From assembly GCA_040768745.1 (NCBI GenBank), contig JAXGMI010000001.1, positions 384,001-448,000 of the forward strand: a DNA stretch of 64,000 nt, given 5' to 3'. A program made the position numbers and the translations under genes. The first letter of the stretch is position 1. Each line of letters begins with the position of its first letter. The DNA is from Desulfomicrobium sp. Lineage in GTDB: Bacteria; Desulfobacterota; Desulfovibrionia; Desulfovibrionales; Desulfomicrobiaceae. Below the pieces are notes generated by a model. That model did not search any database. It worked only from the letters and a program-made list of their open reading frames with translations, and had not been told where the DNA came from. This document shows positions 1-8,380 of this stretch, piece after piece.

Positions 1-4
1 CGCC

Positions 5-262
5 ATGATGGACAGGATCAAGGGTCTGCTGGACGCTGAGATGGACCGCATCGTACCGGGCCTGCTGGAGACCGCCACGAGTGAACTGCAGAACAGCCTT
101 GATCTGCGTCAGATCATCCAGGACAAGATCGAAGGGCTGTCCATGGAGCGCCTGGAGGCGCTGCTCATGTCCATCATGGCCAGGGAGTTCCGCTTCATCG
201 AGGTGGTCGGGGCCGTGCTGGGCGCGGCCATAGGGCTGGTCCAGGGGCTGATCTTCCTCTAG
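5..262 (+). CDS. DUF445 (YheB-like) membrane protein, C-terminal part (gene probably begins upstream of window)
   Basis: C-terminal pattern KIEGLSMERLEALLMSIMAREFRFIEVVGAVLG..IGLVQ typical of DUF445. Confidence 0.75.
   Translation: MMDRIKGLLDAEMDRIVPGLLETATSELQNSLDLRQIIQDKIEGLSMERLEALLMSIMAREFRFIEVVGAVLGAAIGLVQGLIFL
194..262 (+). repeat. Direct repeat copy 1 (69 bp, 3' end of DUF445 gene)
   Basis: ttcatcgaggtggtcggggccgtgctgggcg...ctggtccaggggctgatcttcctct recurs at 1040-1108. Confidence 0.95.
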
Positions 263-267
263 TCGGG

Positions 268-684
268 TCACTCCCCGATGATCTTGACCAGCACCCGCTT
301 CCGCCGCCGCCCGTCGAACTCGCCGTAGAAGATCCGCTCCCAGGTCCCGAAATCCAGACGCCCCCCTGTCACGGCCACGACCACCTCGCGGCCCATGATC
401 TGCCGCTTCATGTGCGCGTCGGCGTTGTCCTCGCCCACGTTGTGCCGGTACTGGCCGACGGGCTCGTGCGGGGCCAGCCTCTCCAGCCATTTCTCGTAGT
501 CGTGGTGCAGGCCTGATTCGTCGTCGTTGATGAAGACCGAGGCCGTGATGTGCATGGCGTTGACCAGCACCAGTCCCTCCCTGATCCCGCTTTCGCGCAG
601 ACAGGCCTCGACCTCCCCCGTGATGTTGATGAACGCCCTGCGGGTGGGCACCTGGAACCAGAGTTCCTTGCGGTAGCTTTTCAT
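268..684 (-). CDS. yjbQ: YjbQ/UPF0047 family protein (secondary thiamine-phosphate synthase enzyme)
   Basis: [10 protein letters not shown] start at 684; motifs [33 protein letters not shown]. Confidence 0.9.
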   Translation of the reverse strand: MKSYRKELWFQVPTRRAFINITGEVEACLRESGIREGLVLVNAMHITASVFINDDESGLHHDYEKWLERLAPHEPVGQYRHNVGEDNADAHMKRQIMGREVVVAVTGGRLDFGTWERIFYGEFDGRRRKRVLVKIIGE

Positions 685-1039
685 GGTTTTCCTGCTGCAG
701 CAGCGATGCTGGTTGGTGTGCACATCAAAGGCAACGCCGATCATTCCTCCACGATGTCGAATGCCGCGCAGCCCATGTGTTTTCTTCCACAGTCGGGCTC
801 TGCAGTCCATGGGAGAGAATCTCTCCATCACAGGTCGGTTCCCGGCATGCCTACACAGCCGGTGGACACCCAACGAGCCCCACACGCTGAGATGCAACGT
901 AAAATTATCCGATATTTCAAGTCGTAACGCTTCATTCGCGATCCGCCCTGCTTGCACAACACAATGTATCAGGCTAGGCATTCAAAGCTCTGGAAGGCAG
1001 AGTGACTTCTCTATTCCAGGACTTCTGCATCAATCCCCT

Positions 1040-1108
1040 TTCATCGAGGTGGTCGGGGCCGTGCTGGGCGGGCTCATCGGTCTGGTCCAGGGGCTGATCT
1101 TCCTCTGA
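1040..1108 (+). repeat. Direct repeat copy 2 (orphan 3' end of DUF445 gene)
   Basis: Encodes FIEVVGAVLGGLIGLVQGLIFL* versus FIEVVGAVLGAAIGLVQGLIFL* in copy 1. Confidence 0.95.
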
Positions 1109-1426
1109 TCGCTCGGCAGGACATTGGGGCGCCTTACGGAGGACATGCCCATCTCAGATCATTGGTCAAGGTCATTGGAAATGACGCAAACAGCTTCTAA
1201 AAATCGTTTACCAAGCTTGGCGTTCGGCTCCGCTCTTCCACTCACATACATGCTCGACACGGCTTCCCTATACCCGAGGTAATGGCCTGAAATACCGACT
1301 TGTGCCTTACCGCCCAAGTGCGTTACGCGTGGCCAAATATTTCCCGGCGCAGCACGTTTGGCGAACCTGCGCAGGGATTCGCGCACGGCCTGCTTTTGCA
1401 ACGAATCTATCAAGGACTCACACCTG

Positions 1427-3706
1427 ATGAAGCTGACCGACCAGGAAAAACAGGAAATCATCCGCTATCTCGACGCGGACAAACCCCTGCCCGAGAAATA
1501 CCGTTTTCTGCTGTTTGACGACAAACGCGAGGTGGAGCTGGTCTGGAACGGCAAGAGCGGCGATGTCTGTAACATCGTGCTGCCTTTTCAAGTCATTGAG
1601 CAGATCGACGAGCCCAGGGCCGAGAAAAAGGACGCGGGTGCTTTTCCGCTGCTCAAGGCCATGAATCTGTCCCTGGATAACCGGGGCCGTCAGCTCAAGG
1701 GCTGGACCAACAAGCTGATCTGGGGCGACAACAAACTCATTTTGTCCAGTCTCAAAAACGGTCCCCTACGTGAGGAAATCGAGAAGCAGGGCGGGCTGAA
1801 GCTGATCTACATCGACCCGCCCTTTGACGTGGGCGCGGATTTTTCCATGGACATCGAGATCGGCGGCGACACCTTCACCAAAAAACCGAACATCCTCGAA
1901 GAAATCGCCTACCGCGACACCTGGGGCAAGGGCGCGGATTCGTTCATTTCCATGATCTATGAACGGCTCAAGCTGATGCGGGATCTGCTGGCGGAGGATG
2001 GGAGTATTTATGTGCATATGGGATGGGGCGTATCGCATTACCTGCGTTCCATCCTTGATGAAGTATTTGGAAAAAAGCAAGTCATCAATCAAATTATATG
2101 GAAAAGGCAGACTGCGCATAGTGACAGTGGCCAAGGTTCCTCACATCTTGGTCGACTCCATGATGTTCTTTTTCACTATTCAAAAAATGAACAATATATA
2201 TGGAATATTCAGCATGCTCCATACGGAGAAGAATATCTGCGCACTCACTATAAAAAAATTGAAGAATGTACTGGCCGCAGATATGAATTAGACAATTTGA
2301 TTGGCCCTGGAGGAGCGGCAAAAGGCAATGCTAATTACGAATTTTTAGGAATAACACGATTTTGGCGTTTCAAAAAAGAACGCATGGAAGAATTGTATCG
2401 CCAAGGTCGCATTATCCAGCCCAGCCCTGGCGCTGTGCCTCGATACAAACGCTACCTTGATGAAATGCCCGGCGTGCCGGTGCAGGATCTTTGGCTTGAT
2501 CTGAACCCCATCAATTCTCAGGCAAAGGAATTTGTTGGCTACGCGACCCAAAAGCCGGAAACATTGCTTGAGCGTATTCTTAGGACCTCGTCCAACGAAG
2601 GCGATCTGGTGGCGGATTTCTTCTGCGGGTCCGGGACCACGGCGGCCGTGGCCGAAAAGCTGGGTCGCAAATGGATCTGCACGGACCTGGGTAAATTCGC
2701 CATCCACACCACGCGCAAGCGCCTCATCGGGGTCCAGCGCCAGCTCAAGAAAGACAACCAGGGCTACCGCGCCTTTGAAATTCTGGACCTCGGCAAATAC
2801 GAGCGTCAGCACTACGTGGGCGTCAACCCGAACCTGCGCGAGGCCGAGCAGCAGGCCCAGCTGGCGGCCAGGGAAGAGGCTTTCCTGGCCCTCATTCTGC
2901 GCGCCTACCGAGCCGAAAAAGTGGACGGCTTCGCCACCTTTTACGGCAAACGCGCCGGACGGCTGGTGGCGGTCGGTCCCATCAATCTGCCCGTGACGCG
3001 GCTCTTTGTGGAAGAAATCATTCTGGAATGCCGCAAAAAGCACATCACCCGCGTGGACGTGCTGGGCTTTGAGTTCGAAATGGGCCTGTTCCCCAACGTG
3101 CTGGACGAGGCCAGGGCCAAGGGCATCGACATCGCGCCCAAGTACATCCCGGCCGAAGTCTTTGACAAACGGGCCGTGGAAAAAAATCAGGTCGTGTTCC
3201 ACGACGTATCCTTCATCGAAGTCAAACCGCACGTGGCGGGCAAGAAACTGTCCGTGGAACTGACGGATTTTTCCGTGTTCTATTCCCAGGACTCCATCGC
3301 CAGCGCCGAGGCGGCATTGAGCGGCGCATCCAAGGCAGGAAGCCGCATTGTGGTCGAGCGCGGCCAGGTCGTGAAACTGTCCAAGGGCAAGGACGGCATC
3401 GTCACCCGCGAACAACTGACCAAGCACTGGACCGACTGGATCGACTACTGGTCCGTGGATTTTGACTACGAAAGCAAGCGCGAGCTGATCCGGGTCCAGA
3501 ATCCGGACACGGGCGAATGGGAAGAGCAATGGACGGGCGATTATGTCTTTGAAAACGAATGGCAGTCTTTCCGCACCAAGAAGGATCGCAGCCTGGACCT
3601 GAAAAGCGCGACCCAGGACTGCACGCCCGGCCGCCGCAAGATCGCGGTCAAGGTCGTGGACATCTTCGGCAACGATACCATGACCATCGTGGAGGTGAAC
3701 ATATGA
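1427..3706 (+). CDS. mod: Type III restriction-modification methyltransferase (Mod, beta-class N6-adenine MTase)
   Basis: IYIDPPF catalytic motif precedes YATQKPE and DFFCGSGTT; upstream of a res gene; ATG 1427 after AAGGA. Confidence 0.9.
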   Translation: MKLTDQEKQEIIRYLDADKPLPEKYRFLLFDDKREVELVWNGKSGDVCNIVLPFQVIEQIDEPRAEKKDAGAFPLLKAMNLSLDNRGRQLKGWTNKLIWGDNKLILSSLKNGPLREEIEKQGGLKLIYIDPPFDVGADFSMDIEIGGDTFTKKPNILEEIAYRDTWGKGADSFISMIYERLKLMRDLLAEDGSIYVHMGWGVSHYLRSILDEVFGKKQVINQIIWKRQTAHSDSGQGSSHLGRLHDVLFHYSKNEQYIWNIQHAPYGEEYLRTHYKKIEECTGRRYELDNLIGPGGAAKGNANYEFLGITRFWRFKKERMEELYRQGRIIQPSPGAVPRYKRYLDEMPGVPVQDLWLDLNPINSQAKEFVGYATQKPETLLERILRTSSNEGDLVADFFCGSGTTAAVAEKLGRKWICTDLGKFAIHTTRKRLIGVQRQLKKDNQGYRAFEILDLGKYERQHYVGVNPNLREAEQQAQLAAREEAFLALILRAYRAEKVDGFATFYGKRAGRLVAVGPINLPVTRLFVEEIILECRKKHITRVDVLGFEFEMGLFPNVLDEARAKGIDIAPKYIPAEVFDKRAVEKNQVVFHDVSFIEVKPHVAGKKLSVELTDFSVFYSQDSIASAEAALSGASKAGSRIVVERGQVVKLSKGKDGIVTREQLTKHWTDWIDYWSVDFDYESKRELIRVQNPDTGEWEEQWTGDYVFENEWQSFRTKKDRSLDLKSATQDCTPGRRKIAVKVVDIFGNDTMTIVEVNI

Positions 3707-4584
3707 GCGTCACGAATGGCGATGAAGACGGCGTTGTCGCCGCATCACCGCATCATGCCGCGTCGCCTTTCGAACGGATCAAACGCGTGAATGATTCCGG
3801 GGCTGAGTACTGGTCCAGCCGTGATTTTGCCGGAACGCTCGGGTATGGCGATTACCGCAACTTCGAAAGCGTGCTCGGCAAGGCCAGGATGGCTTGTTTT
3901 CAAAGCGGAAACCGCATCGAGGATCATTTCGTTGAGGTCACCGAAATGATCGGGATCGGCAAGGGCGGTCAACGGGCGGTCAAAACCGTGCTCATGTCGC
4001 GGTACGCGTGCTATCTGGCCATTCAGAATGCCGATCCGAAAAAGTCCATCGTCGCGCAAGGGCAATCGTATTTCGCCATCCAGACCCGACGGCAGGAACT
4101 GGCCGATGAGCGCATCGAAGAAAGCAGGCGCCTGCTGCTGCGGGAGGAAATCCGACGGCACAACGTGCAGCTGGCCGACGCGGCCAAGAACGCCGGAGTC
4201 CTGGAACCGCTTGATTACGCGATTTTCCAGAATCACGGCTACATGGGACTCTACGGAGGCTTGAAGCAAGAGGATATCCACAGACGAAAAGGGTTGAAAA
4301 AGAGCCAGAAAATTTTGGATCACATGGGCAGCACGGAATTGGCCGCCAATCTGTTCCGCGCCACCCAGGCCGAGGAAAAATTGCGCCGAGATAACATTAA
4401 GGGCAAGGCGGCGGCAAACCGGACGCATCATGAGGTTGGTGCGAAAGTTCGACAGACCATCCGTGAGTTGGGCGGTGTCATGCCCGAGGAATTGCCCGCC
4501 GAGGAAAGTATCAAGAAAATCGAACGAAAGCACCGCAAGCCGCTCGGTCCGACACCAAGCAGCACGAACTCAGAAAACGAGTAA
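3703..4584 (+). CDS. dinD: DNA damage-inducible protein D (DinD, Bro-N-like)
   Basis: EYWSSRD, SRYACYLAIQNADP, QSYFAIQTRRQE, ILDHMGSTELAANLFRATQ; ATGA overlap with mod stop. Confidence 0.9.
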   Translation: MSVTNGDEDGVVAASPHHAASPFERIKRVNDSGAEYWSSRDFAGTLGYGDYRNFESVLGKARMACFQSGNRIEDHFVEVTEMIGIGKGGQRAVKTVLMSRYACYLAIQNADPKKSIVAQGQSYFAIQTRRQELADERIEESRRLLLREEIRRHNVQLADAAKNAGVLEPLDYAIFQNHGYMGLYGGLKQEDIHRRKGLKKSQKILDHMGSTELAANLFRATQAEEKLRRDNIKGKAAANRTHHEVGAKVRQTIRELGGVMPEELPAEESIKKIERKHRKPLGPTPSSTNSENE

Positions 4585-4590
4585 CTCCAC

Positions 4591-7272
4591 ATGGCCCTGC
4601 ACCCTGACTTTCCCCTCTCTCCCCACGCCATTCTTGATCCGGCCATCCGCTGGTTCCCCGCCGACGAGGCCCTGCGCGACACGACCATGGACAAGCTCAT
4701 GCCTCCCTTGGTGCCAGCCCTGCGCCGCAAGGTGCGGGAATTTCGTGACAGCGGCTACGTGGGGGCCTCGGCCACCAGCGTGGCCCTGCTGAACTGGTGG
4801 TTTGTGGAACCGCACTTGTTGGAAAAGGCCGATGGTTCCATGTTTGAATTCGCCTACTATTTTGCTCAGCGCGAGGCTCTGGAAACCATTGTCTATCTGC
4901 ATGACATGGTCGGGGTACGCGACAAGCACGATCTGATGCGCTTTGATACCAGCGGGGAAGTCAGGGCCAAGCTCTTTGACGAGACGTGGCGACGTTTTGT
5001 GATCAAGATGGCCACGGGCAGTGGCAAGACCAAGGTCATGAGTCTGGCTATTGCCTGGAGTTTTTTCCACAAACTGTACGAGCCGGATTCCGATCTGGCG
5101 CGCAATTTTTTGGTCATCGCGCCGAACATCATCGTCCTGGACAGAATTTATCATGACTTCAAGGGGCTGGACATTTTCTTTCATGACCCTGTCCTGCCCG
5201 ACGACGGGTATGAGGGACGCAACTGGCGCAGTGATTTCCAGCTGACTCTGCATAAGCAGGACGAAGTGCGCGTGACCCAGCCCACGGGCAACATTTTTCT
5301 GACCAACATCCACCGCGTCTATTCCGGCGATGACGTGCCCCCAACACCGGATGATGACAACACCATGGATTACTTTCTGGGGCAGCGCCCCACGGGCAAG
5401 ACCACGGACTCCAAGGTCGATCTGGGCGTGATCGTGCGCGACATCGACGAACTCATGATCGTCAACGATGAAGCGCATCATATTCACGATCCGGGTCTGG
5501 CCTGGTTCAAATCCATCCAGGACATCCACAATCGCATGTTGCAGAAGGACGCGGCCTTGTCCCTGCAAATCGACGTCACGGCCACGCCCAAGCATAACAA
5601 CGGCGCGATCTTTGTGCAGACCGTCGCGGATTACCCCTTGGTGGAGGCCATCAAGCAGAATGTGGTTAAGCATCCCGTGCTGCCCGATGCCGAAAGTCGC
5701 GCCAAGCTCGTGGAAAAGACGAGCGCCAAATACACGGAAATGTACGCGGACCATCTGAATCTGGGTGTCATTGAATGGCGCAAGACCTACGTCGAGCATG
5801 AAAAACGGGGCAAAAAGGCCATCCTCTTTGTCATGACCGACGACACCCGCAACTGTGACGAAGTGGCGGAATACCTGCGTTCCCTGGGGCCGGACCTGGC
5901 CGGGGATGACGCCGTTCTGGTCATCCACACCAAGAACAACGGCGAAATCTCCGAAGCCGCGTCCGGCAAGAACGAAGAGGAACTGCGCAGGTTGCGCAAG
6001 CTGGCCAATGAAATCGATTCCTGGGACAGCCCGTGCAAGGTCATTGTCTCGGTGCTCATGCTCAAGGAAGGCTGGGACGTGCGCAACGTGACGACCATCG
6101 TCGGCCTGCGGGCCTACTCCGCAAAGAGCAATATTCTGCCCGAGCAGACCCTTGGACGTGGTCTGCGCAAGATGTATCCCGGTTTCGGGGGGGAATACGT
6201 CAGCGTCATCGGCACCGATGCGTTCATGGAGTTCGTCGAATCCATCCAGCAGGAAGGCGTGGTCTTTGAGCATCGACCCATGGGTGGCGGCACGGGTGGA
6301 TCGACCCTGCTCATCGAGGTGGAAACGGACAACGGGGCCAAAAACATTGCTGATCTCGACATCCGGATTCCCCTGCTCAGCCCCCGCGTCAGTCGAGAAT
6401 ACGCGGGCCTCGCCCATGTCGATCTGGCCCGTGTCGAATTTCGCCCTGTCATGTATCATACCTATGCGGATGAAGAACTGCGGGAGATTGTTTTCAAGGA
6501 CATCACGACCAACCAAATCACCCACACCACCATTCTGGAAGGGGGCGAAGTTACGGACTGGCGTAATGTCATCGCCTATTTCGTGCGGTCGGTCATGAAG
6601 GAACTCAAGCTGTTCAGCGGATACGAGCAGCTATACGGGCTGACCAAATTTTTCGTGCAGCACCGTCTTTTCGGCCAGCCCGTGGATCTGGAAGCCCCCA
6701 TGACCCTGCGCAATCTGGCCGAACCGGCCGCCGCCAAAACGCTGCGGGACGTGCTGCTGCGGGCCATCAATAGCGTCACGGTGCGTGCAAACGCCGATGT
6801 CATGGTCAAGGATTGGCTGAAGATCAGCGCCACGCGCCCGTTTTCCGTGAAAAGTCAGGACTATGTTCTGCCAACCAAGAGCGTGTTCAATAGAATTGTC
6901 GGCGATCAGGGCTTTGAGCTGCGATTCGCGGCGTTTTTGGAGAAATGTTCCGATGTCGTCAGCTTCGCCAAGAATTATTTCGCGGTGGGTTTCAAGCTCG
7001 ATTATGTCAACGGTTCCGGCAATATCGCAAATTATTATCCGGATTTTTTCGTCAAGACATCAGACAATCACATCGTCATTGTTGAAACAAAAGGTCGTGA
7101 GGAGTTGGATTTGCCCAACAAGCTGGGACGACTCAAACAGTGGTGTGAGGATGTAAATTCGGCGCAAACCGATCAGGTTTTTGATTTTCTTTATGTGGAT
7201 GAGGAGAGTTTCAAGAAGTATTCGTTCAAAACATTTGGCAAGTTGTTGAATTCATTTCACGCTGGGAAATAA
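4591..7272 (+). CDS. res: Type III restriction endonuclease Res subunit (SF2 helicase plus PD-(D/E)xK nuclease)
   Basis: MATGSGKT, NDEAHH, TATP, LKEGWD, QTLGRGLR, YYPDF...VETKG. Confidence 0.92.
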   Translation: MALHPDFPLSPHAILDPAIRWFPADEALRDTTMDKLMPPLVPALRRKVREFRDSGYVGASATSVALLNWWFVEPHLLEKADGSMFEFAYYFAQREALETIVYLHDMVGVRDKHDLMRFDTSGEVRAKLFDETWRRFVIKMATGSGKTKVMSLAIAWSFFHKLYEPDSDLARNFLVIAPNIIVLDRIYHDFKGLDIFFHDPVLPDDGYEGRNWRSDFQLTLHKQDEVRVTQPTGNIFLTNIHRVYSGDDVPPTPDDDNTMDYFLGQRPTGKTTDSKVDLGVIVRDIDELMIVNDEAHHIHDPGLAWFKSIQDIHNRMLQKDAALSLQIDVTATPKHNNGAIFVQTVADYPLVEAIKQNVVKHPVLPDAESRAKLVEKTSAKYTEMYADHLNLGVIEWRKTYVEHEKRGKKAILFVMTDDTRNCDEVAEYLRSLGPDLAGDDAVLVIHTKNNGEISEAASGKNEEELRRLRKLANEIDSWDSPCKVIVSVLMLKEGWDVRNVTTIVGLRAYSAKSNILPEQTLGRGLRKMYPGFGGEYVSVIGTDAFMEFVESIQQEGVVFEHRPMGGGTGGSTLLIEVETDNGAKNIADLDIRIPLLSPRVSREYAGLAHVDLARVEFRPVMYHTYADEELREIVFKDITTNQITHTTILEGGEVTDWRNVIAYFVRSVMKELKLFSGYEQLYGLTKFFVQHRLFGQPVDLEAPMTLRNLAEPAAAKTLRDVLLRAINSVTVRANADVMVKDWLKISATRPFSVKSQDYVLPTKSVFNRIVGDQGFELRFAAFLEKCSDVVSFAKNYFAVGFKLDYVNGSGNIANYYPDFFVKTSDNHIVIVETKGREELDLPNKLGRLKQWCEDVNSAQTDQVFDFLYVDEESFKKYSFKTFGKLLNSFHAGK

Positions 7273-7352
7273 ATTATACAGACGTGTTATACGAAATCTG
7301 TCCATTCACAAATCATACATTTTCTTCAAATCGCAAAGAGCCATTCCGATAT

Positions 7353-7381
7353 GAAAAAGGCCGCTTCACGCGGCCTTTTTC
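7353..7381. terminator. Intrinsic terminator, potentially bidirectional, after res
   Basis: gaaaaaggccgc-ttcac-gcggcctttttc. Confidence 0.8.
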
Positions 7382-7382
7382 T

Positions 7383-7664
7383 GGTGCAGTGAACATGCCG
7401 ATGGATCTGGGGGACCGGGGCGACCTCTCCGGCGGCCGTCTGCAGGCTTTCAGAAACGCTCTGGGGGAAGAAAAGGGGCGCCCGATCATCATCTATTGCC
7501 GTGATTTTCGCTGAATGCTCAGCGAGATCGCCGCAGCCTGGGCCGTGCGCCTGGGGTACACCAACGTCATCCGCTACCCGGCGGGATACCGGACCTGGGA
7601 GGAAGAGGCGCGGAAAACCGCCCCAGCTACGATTCCTCCCGTCGCCCAATGGCCGCCCCAATAA
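7383..7664 (+). pseudogene. 5'-truncated rhodanese-domain gene with in-frame TGA (7512-7514), putative selenocysteine
   Basis: Reads GAVNMPMD...GRPIIIYCRDFR*MLSEIAAAWAVRLGYTNVIRYPAGYRTWE...; rhodanese signatures on both sides of the TGA. Confidence 0.7.
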
Positions 7665-7694
7665 CTGGGCATGCAAAAAGCTGAGAAGCTCATC

Positions 7695-8237
7695 ATGAAG
7701 CACTTGTTTTCTGTCCTCGCGCTCCTCGTTGGCGTCCTGGCCCTCCAGAGCCAGGCATGCTGTTCTGATACACTGGGAAGAAGTGAGCGCCTCGCATTGG
7801 AGAATGCGTGGATGACATTCCTTGAGGCAGTATCAAAGAATGACATTATGAAAATTAGGCGTATTTCTCACTGTTCAATTCGCTGCCTCCTGTGCGTTGA
7901 CAATACAAAGGAAGAAGAAAAAGAACTGGAGCGATTTATGGAAAGGGAACAGGGATGGTACAATAAACTCTATGCAGAAAGAATATTCATCCCCATCGAC
8001 CAGTTCTGCAAAAATGACTTTCCTCTCCTCTTCACAACTGCATTCATCGAAAAATTGAAAAGCGGCAAACCAACGTTCATCCTGGAACAGATCAATGGCG
8101 AAAAAGTATACGAGGTGCTCATTCCAACATCGCAACCGGAGGAACTCGCCCGGGGCCACGAAGGCCGCCTGCATGTCTTCCAATTCATCAAAGCGAAAAA
8201 CGCCTACAAGTTCTGGGGGGTAGATACAGTCCCGTAG
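7695..8237 (+). CDS. Hypothetical exported protein (lower GC)
   Basis: Signal-peptide-like N-terminus MKHLFSVLALLVGVLALQSQA; no recognised family. Confidence 0.6.
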   Translation: MKHLFSVLALLVGVLALQSQACCSDTLGRSERLALENAWMTFLEAVSKNDIMKIRRISHCSIRCLLCVDNTKEEEKELERFMEREQGWYNKLYAERIFIPIDQFCKNDFPLLFTTAFIEKLKSGKPTFILEQINGEKVYEVLIPTSQPEELARGHEGRLHVFQFIKAKNAYKFWGVDTVP

Positions 8238-8308
8238 TTCATGACCACCGTTTCGCGGGAATCACCATCCCCCTGCATGCAGGCTCTCCTCCAACCCTGT
8301 TCATCCTC

Positions 8309-8353
8309 CCGGGTTGACCCTGGTCAACCCGGCTGATATTTTGGTAGGACCAA
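8309..8353 (+). promoter_or_regulatory. Putative sigma70 promoter of glcB with overlapping FadR/GntR-type (GlcC/LldR/PdhR-like) operator
   Basis: TTGACC(8314)-17 nt-TATTTT(8337) with TG extension; palindrome TTGGT-agg-ACCAA 8341-8353; 11-bp IR ccgggttgacc/ggtcaacccgg 8309-8332. Confidence 0.6.
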
Positions 8354-8380
8354 TTTTCACCACAACCCCAAGGAACAGCC

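Noticed and set aside
685..1039. Extended yjbQ N-terminus or degenerate attC in the lower-GC spacer
   Set aside because: Extension is not protein-like and no clear paired R boxes could be identified.
1159..1330. ParE-like toxin remnant (LGKRFLEAV) on minus strand
   Set aside because: Only a short motif; too weak to support.
1427..3706. Phase-variable mod (phasevarion)
   Set aside because: No simple-sequence repeat tract seen in or upstream of the gene.
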